Shown: positions 39,300 through 48,509, counted from the stretch's first letter. The stretch is DNA of 55,605 nucleotides from Clostridia bacterium (GCA_017452585.1 JAFTMD010000040.1:1-55605); one strand, 5' to 3'. Program-made: numbers and translations. Notes: a model not told the origin generated them from the letters alone.

Positions 39300-39956
39300 A
39301 TGAAACAGTATCGCGCAATTTTATTTGATTTAGACGGCACGCTCACCTATTCGCATACGGGTATTCACGCCTGTTTTCGGTATGCGCTTGCCAAGCTTGG
39401 CGAGGGGGAACCGACCAAGGAACAGCTTGCCCGTTGTATCGGCCCGTCGTTGATGTATTCTTTCCAGACCTATTTTGGTCTGTCTGAAGAGCGCGCCAGA
39501 GAGGCAACGGCGCTCTATCGAGAACGGTACGCCGTCAAGGGAATTTGGGAAAACGAGGTTATTCCTGGCGCTTTGGAATTGTTAAAGGAATTGAAGGAAA
39601 AGGGATATAAAATTGCCATGGCAACTTCTAAGCCTCTGTATTTCGCTGCGCAAATTTCCAAGAAGTTTGGATTTGCCCCCTATATGGATGTGGAAGTGGG
39701 CAGTGGCATGGACGAAAAAACGTTGTCCACCAAGGCGGCGGTGATCGCGGAGGCCATTCGTCAATTAGGGGTAGAAAAAGCGGAATGTTTGATGGTGGGC
39801 GACCGTTTTCACGATGCGGAAGGCGCGAGGGAAAACGGCATTGACTGCGCCCTTTTAAAGGTGGGGTATGCCGAAAACGAGGAGGAGTTCGTTCGCGCTG
39901 AACCGACGTATATTTTTGAAAACTTTAATAATTTAAAGACATTGTTATTAAAATAG
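39300..39956 (+). CDS. HAD-superfamily phosphatase (phosphoglycolate-phosphatase-like)
   Basis: ILFDLDGTLT (motif I), ATSK (motif II), VGDRFHDAEGA (motif IV). Start at the ATG 39300 (GGAG 7 nt upstream). Confidence 0.85.
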   Translation: MKQYRAILFDLDGTLTYSHTGIHACFRYALAKLGEGEPTKEQLARCIGPSLMYSFQTYFGLSEERAREATALYRERYAVKGIWENEVIPGALELLKELKEKGYKIAMATSKPLYFAAQISKKFGFAPYMDVEVGSGMDEKTLSTKAAVIAEAIRQLGVEKAECLMVGDRFHDAEGARENGIDCALLKVGYAENEEEFVRAEPTYIFENFNNLKTLLLK

Positions 39957-40136
39957 GCTCTGTCTCATCACCTGGTTGATTTTTGACGGAAAAATGCTAC
40001 GAAATACGGCGCAAAATGCTCGGTTACAGACAGCAGAGGGTATGCGCCCTCGCATTTCACTTGTCTCTCTTGTATTTTTTCTCGTCAAGTCGCTGAAATA
40101 AATTTCAGCTAAATCAACCATTCTCTGGACATAGCC
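39956..40136 (+). repeat. B-family palindromic repeat, long nested form (181 bp)
   Basis: Same outer arms as 31156-31238 (GGCTCTGTC..GGTTGATTT / AAATCAACC..GACATAGCC), with an inner palindrome TTGACGGAAAAAT ... TTTTTTCTCGTCAA. Begins in the HAD stop codon. Confidence 0.8.
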
Positions 40137-40441
40137 TTAAGATAATAAAGAAGGAGGCGAAAAGGCCTCTTTTTCTTTTCTTCAAATTATGTAAACCACG
40201 CACATTTTTTGTCAAAAATAATGAAAATATGTCAAAATAAGTTGATAAATAAAAAAAATAAAAAATTTTTTAAACTTTTTTTCAAAAAGGTATTTACAAA
40301 TTGGTTTTTATGTGGTAAACTATGGGCAAATTATAATAGGGTAAAAAGGCATATTCGTTCCTTTTGTTGAAAAAACACAAAGCAAAAGGGAAAATTGTTT
40401 TCTAAATAAATTAAGATAAACCAAAAAGAGGTTAAAAAAAA

Positions 40442-41953
40442 GTGGAAAAAATAGGCATTATTGATTTGGGATCAAATACGGCGAGGCTTCTCATCGTCAA
40501 TATGTTCTCTGAAGGCCACTACATGGTGGTAGATGAACTAAAAGAGAGTGTTCGCCTTGGTCAAGATATGGATAGAGATGGCTTCTTGAAGCCCCAACGA
40601 ATTGCGGAGACGATTAAAACGTTGAAAATGTTCAAACGTCTTTGTGATACAAGCGGTGTAGAGCGTATTATTGCGGTTGGCACGGCTGCCGTGCGCAGAG
40701 CGAAAAATCAGCGTTCCTTTTTGGATGAAATTCAGGTGAGCTGTAACATCACGATTCGCGTACTTTCCGAAGAGGAAGAGGCGCTTCTCGTCTATCGTGG
40801 CGTCATCAACTCGATGGATATTCCCAAAGGGTTGATTTTGGAAATTGGCGGTGGAAGCACAAAAATCATCTACTATAACAGACGTAACGTATTGGGATAT
40901 GCGTCCTTGCCGTTTGGCGCGGTGACGTTGACCGATTTGTTTGCAAACGATGCAAGCCCTGAAGAATCGGCTTTGCATATTGAAGAGTTCTTCACCGAAC
41001 AACTGAAGAAGGTGGAATGGTTGCACGATTTAGACCCCGAAACGCAGATGATCGGCGTGGGCGGTTCGTTCAGAAACCTTTTCAAAATCGGACGTATGGT
41101 TAAGAAATATCCCTTGACGACACCGCATAATTATAAGTTGGCAACTGAAGATTTTGTCAGTATTTACGATATGCTTCGTGTATTGGACGTGGATAGACGT
41201 AAAAAGATCAAAGGCTTATCGCCCGCTCGCGCGGACATTATGCCTGCAGCAATGGCAATCGTCAAATCCTTCGTCGATTACACTCATTTTGAAACCATGA
41301 CGATTGGTGGACACGGACTTAGAGATGGGATTATGGTCAACCAGGCAATGCCCATTACATTAGAAAAACCCATTTCTGACGTCCTTGGTTATTCCCTCGA
41401 TCGTTTGGTGAAGTATCACGGATGTGATCCCAAGCACGTGGAACACGTCTTGCAACTTTCCGTGATGCTGTTTAAACAGCTTCGCGTGTTGCATAAATTC
41501 TCCCGTCAGTATTTGAAGGTGTTGAAGATCGCTGCCAGCTTGCACGATATCGGCATGGACATGCAGTACTTCGGGCATCCTTCGCACAGCTGGTATGCAA
41601 TTTTGAATTCGCCCATTTATGGCGCAACCCATCGTGAAATTGTCTTGGCTGCCTTTGTGGCAAGATGTCACAATAAGGAAGACGTTCCTCTTGCCGATTG
41701 GCAGAGATATAAGGACATTGTCTCGGAAGAAGATTTTGACGCTGTCAAGAAATTGGGTGTGCTCCTTCGTATTGCGGAAAGTTTGGACAGAAGCCACTGT
41801 GGTGTGGTAACCGGTTTAAATTGTGATGTCTTGGGTGATTCTGTAATCATGAAGACAATGGTTACAGGAGATGCAGCGTTGGAAATCTGTGATGCGGAAA
41901 GCGCAGGCGCTGAATTCAGAAAGGCATTCAGAAAAAATTTGGAAATTTTGTAA
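40442..41953 (+). CDS. Ppx/GppA-family exopolyphosphatase with C-terminal HD domain
   Basis: 503 aa, GTG start. IIDLGSNTARL and EIGGGSTK (ASKHA motifs). LHDIG in the C-terminal HD region. Confidence 0.88.
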   Translation: MEKIGIIDLGSNTARLLIVNMFSEGHYMVVDELKESVRLGQDMDRDGFLKPQRIAETIKTLKMFKRLCDTSGVERIIAVGTAAVRRAKNQRSFLDEIQVSCNITIRVLSEEEEALLVYRGVINSMDIPKGLILEIGGGSTKIIYYNRRNVLGYASLPFGAVTLTDLFANDASPEESALHIEEFFTEQLKKVEWLHDLDPETQMIGVGGSFRNLFKIGRMVKKYPLTTPHNYKLATEDFVSIYDMLRVLDVDRRKKIKGLSPARADIMPAAMAIVKSFVDYTHFETMTIGGHGLRDGIMVNQAMPITLEKPISDVLGYSLDRLVKYHGCDPKHVEHVLQLSVMLFKQLRVLHKFSRQYLKVLKIAASLHDIGMDMQYFGHPSHSWYAILNSPIYGATHREIVLAAFVARCHNKEDVPLADWQRYKDIVSEEDFDAVKKLGVLLRIAESLDRSHCGVVTGLNCDVLGDSVIMKTMVTGDAALEICDAESAGAEFRKAFRKNLEIL

Positions 41954-42052
41954 TTTCGCAACAGAGAAGAAAAAGCTTGAGTAAAGGCGCCGCCCTTTCT
42001 CCTCACGGGAGGGGAATGGGCGGCGTTAGTCACATTTGCAAAGTGGAAGAAT

Positions 42053-42625
42053 ATGGAATGGATTTTAGCAAGCGCTTCTCCGCGGCGCAAGGAATTATTT
42101 GCGGAACTTGTCAAACAATTTGAAATTCTTCCCTCTCACGCAGAGGAAGTGGTGGAAGGAACGCCCACTCCGGCGGAGCTCGTGCAACAGCTGGCTTGCT
42201 TAAAGGCGAGAGAAGTTGCCCTTCGTCAAGAAGCGCAGGGGAAGGCGGTGCTTGGCTCGGATACGATCGTAGCGCTAGCAGGAGTTGTCCTCGGCAAGCC
42301 CAAGGATGAAGCAGATGCGTTTGCGATGCTCTCCGCCCTTTCGGGAAAAACGCACGAAGTGTATACAGGGGTGTGTATGAATTATCCGACGGCGCAGGGG
42401 GAACGCAGGGAGTTGGTTGACGTTGCCTGCACCAAAGTAACGTTTGTTTCCCTTTCTGAGGAGGAGATTTGGGCGTATATTGCCACGGGCTCTCCAATGG
42501 ATAAGGCGGGGGCTTACGGCATTCAAGATGGAGGACTCGTGAAGGAAATTCAGGGGAGCTACTCCAACGTCGTCGGGTTTCCGTTAGAGCTCTGCAAAGC
42601 GATGCTCGAGAAGATAACTAATTAA
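42053..42625 (+). CDS. maf: Maf-like nucleoside triphosphate pyrophosphatase
   Basis: 190 aa. ILASASPRRKELF, GSDTIV, KAGAYGIQ. Confidence 0.92.
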   Translation: MEWILASASPRRKELFAELVKQFEILPSHAEEVVEGTPTPAELVQQLACLKAREVALRQEAQGKAVLGSDTIVALAGVVLGKPKDEADAFAMLSALSGKTHEVYTGVCMNYPTAQGERRELVDVACTKVTFVSLSEEEIWAYIATGSPMDKAGAYGIQDGGLVKEIQGSYSNVVGFPLELCKAMLEKITN

Positions 42626-42642
42626 CAAAAAATATATCTGAA

Positions 42643-42659
42643 CTCATACCTGGTATGAG
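42643..42659 (-). repeat. degenerate palindromic iterated-motif copy (12/15)
   Basis: CTCATACC-T-GGTATGAG. The reverse complement CATACCAGGTATGAGTTCAGATA aligns with the long consensus. Confidence 0.6.
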
Positions 42660-42675
42660 GGTTTGGAGGAAATGT

Positions 42676-43683
42676 ATGATAAAACTTGCAATTGATTTGG
42701 GTTCGTCCATGACGAAAATTTACCGTGCCGACACGAACAGTGGAGTGGTTTTGGCAGAGCCTTCCTGCGTGGCGATTGTGGGTGCAAATCAAGAGGTAAA
42801 AGCGATTGGGAAAGAGGCGAAAAATCTGATTGGGAGGACTGCAGAATATATGCAGATCGTCTACCCGATCTATGAGGGTGTCATTGTCAATATGCGTTTG
42901 GCGGTGCTGATGTTGCAGGATTTTTTGTCCCGCATTGGCATTCCGAAAACGGCGCTTCGTCATGCGCAAATTTTAATGAGTGTTCCCTGTGGTTTTGGAG
43001 GGCAGTTGCTCACCGATTATGAAACCTTGGTGGAGGAATGTGGATTGAAACGGGTGCGTTTTGTCGAACAACCCTATTTGGGCGCGCTTGGCGGAGGGGC
43101 AATCCTCAGTGAAACGGATCCCATTTTCTGTCTGGATATTGGCGGTGGGGTGTCGAACGCCGCGGTCATTTCCGCCAATGGAATTATTTCCGGGATCGCC
43201 ATCAACGTCGGTGGAAACAATATGGACGCCAACATCATTGCAAAAATAGCCAACACCAATCAGCTTCATATCGGGGCATTGACGGCGGAAAAAATTAAAA
43301 ACGAAATCGGTACGTTATCTTTAAGCGCACTCGGCACGATGGTGGCAGAGGGAAGCTCTACGATCACCTTCCAGCCTTCCTCCACGTCTGTGCAGGCGTC
43401 GGAGTTGACCGAATGTATTCGTGTGTACATCAATAAAATTTTAGAATACGCGGGAGGCGTTTTGTGTGGATTGCCCGCAGAAGTAGCTGCAGCGGTCAAC
43501 CGCAACGGCGTCTACCTTTCCGGTGGGGTGATGAAGATTGCGCACGTTCCGCAGTACATTAGCAGCAAGTTGGGAATGCGCTATCACATCACCGAAGAAC
43601 CGCAGTTTGCGACGGTGCTGGGCGGTGGAGTGCTCCTCCAAGAAAAGGATTTGTTGCGTCGTTTTGCAGGAAAAATGGAATAA
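42676..43683 (+). CDS. MreB/Mbl-like actin-family protein (divergent)
   Basis: ORF track 42655..43683. ATG 42676 (GGAGG 42663-42667). IDLGSSMTKIY, DIGGGVSN, LSGGV phosphate and adenosine motifs. No mreC or mreD follows. Confidence 0.8.
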   Translation: MIKLAIDLGSSMTKIYRADTNSGVVLAEPSCVAIVGANQEVKAIGKEAKNLIGRTAEYMQIVYPIYEGVIVNMRLAVLMLQDFLSRIGIPKTALRHAQILMSVPCGFGGQLLTDYETLVEECGLKRVRFVEQPYLGALGGGAILSETDPIFCLDIGGGVSNAAVISANGIISGIAINVGGNNMDANIIAKIANTNQLHIGALTAEKIKNEIGTLSLSALGTMVAEGSSTITFQPSSTSVQASELTECIRVYINKILEYAGGVLCGLPAEVAAAVNRNGVYLSGGVMKIAHVPQYISSKLGMRYHITEEPQFATVLGGGVLLQEKDLLRRFAGKME

Positions 43684-43702
43684 AATTAAAAAAAATTAGA
43701 AG

Positions 43703-43730
43703 AGTCGTCCGAAATTGGGCGACTTTTTTC
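43703..43730 (+). terminator. terminator of the MreB-like gene
   Basis: GTCGTCC-GAAATT-GGGCGAC followed by TTTTTT. Confidence 0.8.
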
Positions 43731-43872
43731 TCTCGCACGCGCGTGCGTAGGCGCGCGCAAATACGATAATATAAGCTATAAAAAAGATAGTATTTTCCTC
43801 AACTATCGAAAAAATGAATTAAATCAATCGAAAAATTCCATTAAAAAATCCGATTTTTTTTTGAAAAACCCC

Positions 43873-43900
43873 TTGACAAATAAAAAAAATATGCTATAAT
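43873..43900 (+). promoter_or_regulatory. strong promoter of the ORF-less transcription unit
   Basis: Consensus TTGACA (43873-43878), 16-nt spacer, TGc-extended TATAAT (43895-43900). A-rich UP-like tract upstream. Confidence 0.75.
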
Positions 43901-43906
43901 AGAATC

Positions 43907-44548
43907 ACAAAAGGAAATGGACAACACAAAAAGTTGGAAGTTTTCAAATAAAAAAGAGAGGATACTCCAATGAAAATGTAAGGAGTGCCGACAGAGGTCG
44001 GCAAAGTGTCGCAGGGATGCGACGAAAAAATTCACGTAAAGGAGGGTATAAAGAGCGATGATTCCTTCCCATGAAGGGGCGCAAGCCTAAAGAAAAAATG
44101 TAACTTACTAGCAAACCTAGATGAGATGTACTCGGAAGGCGTGACCGCGGAACGATAGAAGCGGCCTACAAAATACAGGAGGTACGCATAAATGATTTGT
44201 TTAGTTGCACAGAAGATTAATACGGAGGAGGGCACTCCAACGAACACGTGACGCTCTTCTACCGACGTGAGTTGGTGGATTTCATAAAATTTGTTAAAGG
44301 AGGTACGAAGGAAGATGATTTTAAAACTTACCACGGTATGGTACTTTAGCAAAGAAGAGAGGAGAGGTATAGTCCAATGAACAATTTCAGTGAGGAATGC
44401 GAATAAGCATAGATCCGTAAAGTGAGCGCGGGAACACCGCAAGGCGAAATTATGTTCGAAAAGAAACGGATGAAAATAATGAAATAGGCATTCTTAAAAC
44501 TTAATAGATCAGCAATCCCCCTGTCGATCGGCAGGGGGTTATCTTTTT
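43907..44548 (+). ncRNA. candidate ~640-nt noncoding (or micropeptide-encoding) transcript; family not recognised
   Basis: Bounded by the promoter above and by the terminator 44517-44548. No + strand ORF of 60 aa or more. Several GNRA-capped hairpins and long-range complementary segments (see findings). Confidence 0.55.
44517..44548 (+). terminator. intrinsic terminator closing the ORF-less unit
   Basis: CCCCCTG-TCGATCG-GCAGGGGG, then TTATCTTTTT. Confidence 0.85.
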
Positions 44549-44623
44549 AATTTGGAGAAAAAGTGGCTGGTTGTGGCGTGTTGTGGTGGTAAAAATTTGA
44601 AGGTGAGGAAGTAGAAGGAAGTA

Positions 44624-44652
44624 TTGACTTTTTTTCTTATTCGTGGTATAAT
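44624..44652 (+). promoter_or_regulatory. promoter of the helicase-sbcD-sbcC-like operon
   Basis: TTGACT (44624-44629), 17-nt spacer, TGG-extended TATAAT (44647-44652). Confidence 0.7.
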
Positions 44653-44702
44653 ACTGATATACAAGCTTGATTTAAGTGGCAGACAAAAAAGGGGTGACGG
44701 TT

Positions 44703-47387
44703 ATGGAACGCAAACCGAATGAGGAGCAACTTCTCGTCATTGAGGAGCTTGCGCACAATTTAATCGTGTTTGCAAGCGCGGGGACGGGGAAAACGTTCAC
44801 CGTGGCAAACCGCGTGGGGGAAATTTTGTCGAAAAATTTGGCAACCCCTGCGCAAATTTTGCTCTTGACCTTTACCACCAAGGCGTGCGAAGAAATGCGC
44901 GCGGATATTCGTCAATACGTGGGGGAATTGGCCAATCATATTCCCATTCACACCATTCACAGTTTTTGTTATCGACTCTTGCGTGAGGAAAATCGTCTGC
45001 GTGGGGATAAGTATTTGGACGCCACCGTCTGTGATGAGATGGACAGCGAGGAGCTTTTAAAAAGTATCCTTGCGTCGCAGTATGCGCTTTGGAAGGGGGA
45101 AGATATAGAATCTTTTGATGAACTTCCCTATCAGCCGTTTGCCATATTTGAGCGAAAAGGGAAGTTGCAACACTTCATCAGCCATTTAAAACACGTGCGC
45201 GAGGAGCAGGGGTTTTATTCGGAAAATGAGGAAGAGGACTATCAAAAAACGTATACATATATCCAAAGCAAGCAGCCCGATTTATACGAGAAATTGTTTA
45301 CCTTTCCAAGCAAAGGAGGGGGGTATGTATGCGATCACGAATTTCAAATGGCAATGGATACCTACGCGGGGCGCTTGGCATTCGCCTATGACGACTATCT
45401 TAAAAAGAGCAATCGGGTAGACTATGACGACTTGATTATCTTCGCTGGCCGTTATCTTCGAGAACCGGAAATTTTGGAAAAGTGGGCCAATCGGTATGCC
45501 TATATTGTCGTGGATGAGATGCAGGACACCAGCTTGCTGGAGTATTCTGTCTTGCGGAAGATTTTTGGGAAAAACAACGTCATGATGTGTGGGGATTTTT
45601 TCCAATCGATCTACGAGTGGCGTGGTTCTCGCCCCGAACAGGTGTTAGGGGCGTTCATGCAGGAATTTTCCCCCAAAGTGTATCATTTTTCCGAAAACTA
45701 CCGTTCGACCAAGCTCTTGACGGAGGCGACGTTTGGCTATTTGCAGGAGACTTATCCCGCGCTGCTCGGCAAATATTGCCCTGAGCAGGTGAAAATCAAT
45801 AGCCGTGAAGAGGGAGAGAAAATTTTACTGCTGGGTTTTGACAATCGGCAGGAAGAGGCGCACCGCATCTATCGGTATTTGAAAAAATGCCTGTCGGAAG
45901 GGCGCACCAATCTTTGCGTGATGGCACGTTCGAATTTTTATCTATCCGCCCTGTTGCGCGCGTTTGAAAGTTTTAATATGGAACAATCTGACGAGGAAAA
46001 AATACGTTTCTTCACAGCGGAAGAGGACTTGCAATTTTATAGAAAACCCGTCGTTAAGGACGTATTGGCAATGCTGAAGCTGTTATTCAATCCCACCGAT
46101 CGAGTTAGCATGGAGCGCATCTCCGAACGATTTGTACGGCAGGTGGGCGCGGTTACGTTAGAGAAAATCCGTATGGAAAATCGGGTGGGCGTGTCGGTTG
46201 CTTCTTTCCTCGACGAGCAGGTGCATAAGTACTTAGACCCCTACCATGTCCTTGTTGAAAGCTTTTTACAGGGTGAAATCGTCGTCTATGACACGGAGAC
46301 GACCGGCTTGGATCTGGGACGTGATGAGATGGTGCAGTTGTCTGCCATTCGCCTGGATAAAGAGGGGAATGTCGCGGAAGTTTTCGATAAAATGATTGTG
46401 CCAACGATACCGATTGGGCAGGGCGCGCAGGAGACGCATGGTTTTGATTTGGAATACATATATGCGCACGGTGGAGTATCCGCCAAGGAAGCGCTTGCGG
46501 AATTTTCCAATTTCGTGCGTGGCAAGACGCTCGTCGGGCATAACAGCATGCGCTTTGATGCGGTGTTGATTGCGCGGCAACTCAAAGAGAACGGTTTGCC
46601 GGCTTTGGAGATAAAAGGGGAGTATGACACGTTGACGATTGCCAAGGAATTTCATGGCAATTTGCCTGATTTCCGATTGTCAACCCTCTGTTTTAAATAT
46701 GACATTGTCAACGAAGCGGCGCACAATGCCTACGGGGACATTGTTGCAACGGGGAAGGTTTTGCGTCATTTTTTGACGGAAGATATCTTGCCCACCATGC
46801 TGGAAAGACAGAAAATTTACGAAAAATATAGGGATAAATTCACTAATTTATATACGTTTTTCAATCAATTTAGGCAGAAATTACGTACTGAGAACGCGGA
46901 AGAATTGCTTTCGTGGCTGATGGAAGGCATGCGCATGAGCAAAAAATGCCAAAATGACGGAGATCGTCGGGCATTGGAATGGCTGTTGGCAAGCTTTCGT
47001 GGTATACCCAAAGAGGAAACGGAGACGGCATTGTTGGCGTTTATCTCCAATGCGGAGCTTTCCTCGGCGCATGCGGAGGAACTCTTCACGCGCAATCGAG
47101 CGATTCCCCTGCTCACCGTGCATCAGGCAAAGGGGTGTGAGTTTGACACCGTCATTTTGGCGGGGGCGGATGACCACAATTTCCCTAGCTTTCGCGCGCA
47201 AGAAGAAGGGCAGGTGGAAGGAGAGAAGAAGCTGTTCTATGTGGCGATTAGTCGCGCGAAGAAACGGCTGATCATGACAAGGGCGTCTTATCAGGGAAGG
47301 GAGAAACTCTATCCCTCGCCCTTTGCGCAAAAACTCCCTGAAAATTGCCTTTGGAAAAATGAAGGCTGGGAAGGGTTTGAAGAATAA
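44703..47387 (+). CDS. UvrD/PcrA-like superfamily-1 helicase with an embedded DEDDh 3'-5' exonuclease domain
   Basis: ORF track 44676..47387. The ATG at 44703 is the more likely start (GGGGTG 8 nt upstream; the GTG at 44676 is too close to the predicted TSS). ASAGTGKT Walker A, VVDEMQDT, YRST. The insert IVVYDTETTGLD ... VGHNSMRFD ... HNAYGDIVAT gives Exo I-III. C-terminal VHQAKGCEFD, YVAISRAK. Confidence 0.88.
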   Translation: MERKPNEEQLLVIEELAHNLIVFASAGTGKTFTVANRVGEILSKNLATPAQILLLTFTTKACEEMRADIRQYVGELANHIPIHTIHSFCYRLLREENRLRGDKYLDATVCDEMDSEELLKSILASQYALWKGEDIESFDELPYQPFAIFERKGKLQHFISHLKHVREEQGFYSENEEEDYQKTYTYIQSKQPDLYEKLFTFPSKGGGYVCDHEFQMAMDTYAGRLAFAYDDYLKKSNRVDYDDLIIFAGRYLREPEILEKWANRYAYIVVDEMQDTSLLEYSVLRKIFGKNNVMMCGDFFQSIYEWRGSRPEQVLGAFMQEFSPKVYHFSENYRSTKLLTEATFGYLQETYPALLGKYCPEQVKINSREEGEKILLLGFDNRQEEAHRIYRYLKKCLSEGRTNLCVMARSNFYLSALLRAFESFNMEQSDEEKIRFFTAEEDLQFYRKPVVKDVLAMLKLLFNPTDRVSMERISERFVRQVGAVTLEKIRMENRVGVSVASFLDEQVHKYLDPYHVLVESFLQGEIVVYDTETTGLDLGRDEMVQLSAIRLDKEGNVAEVFDKMIVPTIPIGQGAQETHGFDLEYIYAHGGVSAKEALAEFSNFVRGKTLVGHNSMRFDAVLIARQLKENGLPALEIKGEYDTLTIAKEFHGNLPDFRLSTLCFKYDIVNEAAHNAYGDIVATGKVLRHFLTEDILPTMLERQKIYEKYRDKFTNLYTFFNQFRQKLRTENAEELLSWLMEGMRMSKKCQNDGDRRALEWLLASFRGIPKEETETALLAFISNAELSSAHAEELFTRNRAIPLLTVHQAKGCEFDTVILAGADDHNFPSFRAQEEGQVEGEKKLFYVAISRAKKRLIMTRASYQGREKLYPSPFAQKLPENCLWKNEGWEGFEE

Positions 47388-47391
47388 AATC

Positions 47392-47415
47392 GGCATACCA
47401 GGTATGCGTTGAGAT
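47392..47415 (+). repeat. iterated motif copy, long palindromic form (14/15 core)
   Basis: GCATAC-CAG-GTATGC-GTTGAGATA, 5 nt after the helicase stop. Confidence 0.9.
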
Positions 47416-47444
47416 ACTTTTTAAGAAAGAAAAAGGAGAAGATT

Positions 47445-48509
47445 ATGATAAAATTTATCCATTGCGCGGATGTGCATTTGGGTTCAAAAATGGAAGCAAA
47501 ACTTCCCAAAAATAAGGTGGAAGAGAGGCGTAGAGAGGTAGCGGATACCTTTCGTCGCATGGTAGAATACGCCAAACAGGAAGGGGTGCGCGCCATTCTT
47601 TTGGTGGGAGACGTGTTTGATTCGGATCGTCCCTTCAAGCGGGATAAAGAATTTTTCTATCAAGTGGTAAAGGGATTTCCCGAAATTGATTTCCTCTATT
47701 TGCGTGGCAATCACGACGGACAGGAGTCGTACACCGAAGGATTGGATAATTTAAAGCTTTTTTCCAACGAGTGGACGAGCTATTCCTACGGTCAGGTGCA
47801 AATCACAGGATTGGAACTTTCTCCTGAAAACTCCCTTTCCATGTACAGCACGCTTTCGTTGGACGCAGGCAAGAAAAACATTCTCATGTTGCATGGCCAG
47901 GTGGCGACGACGGTGGGCAACGAGAAGATCCACGTGGGGAAATTTGCCGAAAAAAATATTGATTATTTGGCGCTTGGTCATATCCATTCGCACAGTGAAA
48001 ATAAGCTGGACGATAGGGGCAGGTATGCGTACAGCGGTTGTTTAGAGGGACGTGGCTTTGATGAATGCGGCGAAAAAGGGTTTGTCCTTTTGGAGGTGGA
48101 TGAGGAGATCAAAAGCACCTTCCACCCCTTCGCGAAACGCAAGATTGAGGAATGGGAAGTGGATATTACGGGCGCGGAAAATGCCTTTTCTGCCTATCAA
48201 CGTGTGAAAGCAACCATTTCCTTCCAAGCCTCCAACCTCTATCGCATTCGTTTAAAGGGCGAGGTTACCTTTGAAAAGGAAAATTTGGAGGAGGATATTG
48301 CGCGCTATTTGGCAGGGGATTGCTATTTTGTGTCCGTCAAGGATAAGAGTTTGCAAAAGATTGATCCGCGCGCGTACGCGGGGGACATTTCCTTAAAGGG
48401 AGAGTTTGTCCGCAGCGTTTTGGAACGGCAGGATTGGGATGACGAGAAAAAGAGCAAGGTGATTGCGCTCGGTTTAAAGGCCTTGGCGCAGAGGGAGTTG
48501 ACGATATGA
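47445..48509 (+). CDS. sbcD: SbcD/Mre11-family nuclease
   Basis: ORF track 47409..48509. ATG 47445 (AGGAG upstream). IHCADVHLG, GDVFD, RGNHD, GHIH metallophosphoesterase motifs. Confidence 0.88.
   Translation: MIKFIHCADVHLGSKMEAKLPKNKVEERRREVADTFRRMVEYAKQEGVRAILLVGDVFDSDRPFKRDKEFFYQVVKGFPEIDFLYLRGNHDGQESYTEGLDNLKLFSNEWTSYSYGQVQITGLELSPENSLSMYSTLSLDAGKKNILMLHGQVATTVGNEKIHVGKFAEKNIDYLALGHIHSHSENKLDDRGRYAYSGCLEGRGFDECGEKGFVLLEVDEEIKSTFHPFAKRKIEEWEVDITGAENAFSAYQRVKATISFQASNLYRIRLKGEVTFEKENLEEDIARYLAGDCYFVSVKDKSLQKIDPRAYAGDISLKGEFVRSVLERQDWDDEKKSKVIALGLKALAQRELTI

Noticed and set aside
43841-44442. Minus-strand ORFs of 64 and 136 aa inside the ORF-less unit.
   Set aside because: TTG or weak starts without a Shine-Dalgarno sequence, antisense to a strong promoter/terminator unit, and translations that look like noise. 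They overlap the promoter itself.
43907-44516. CsrA/RsmA sponge idea for the 640-nt transcript (many GGA triplets).
   Set aside because: I count about 19 GGA in ~610 nt. Given the high A+G content, roughly that many are expected by composition, and most are not in hairpin loops. The count by itself is not evidence.
43907-44548. Assignment of the long transcript to RNase P RNA, tmRNA, 6S, SRP RNA or a riboswitch.
   Set aside because: I could find no conserved hallmark: no GGAAAGUCCGG-type P4 segments, no tRNA-like end with a tag ORF, and no 6S central bubble architecture. No downstream gene is co-transcribed, because the terminator precedes a separate promoter.
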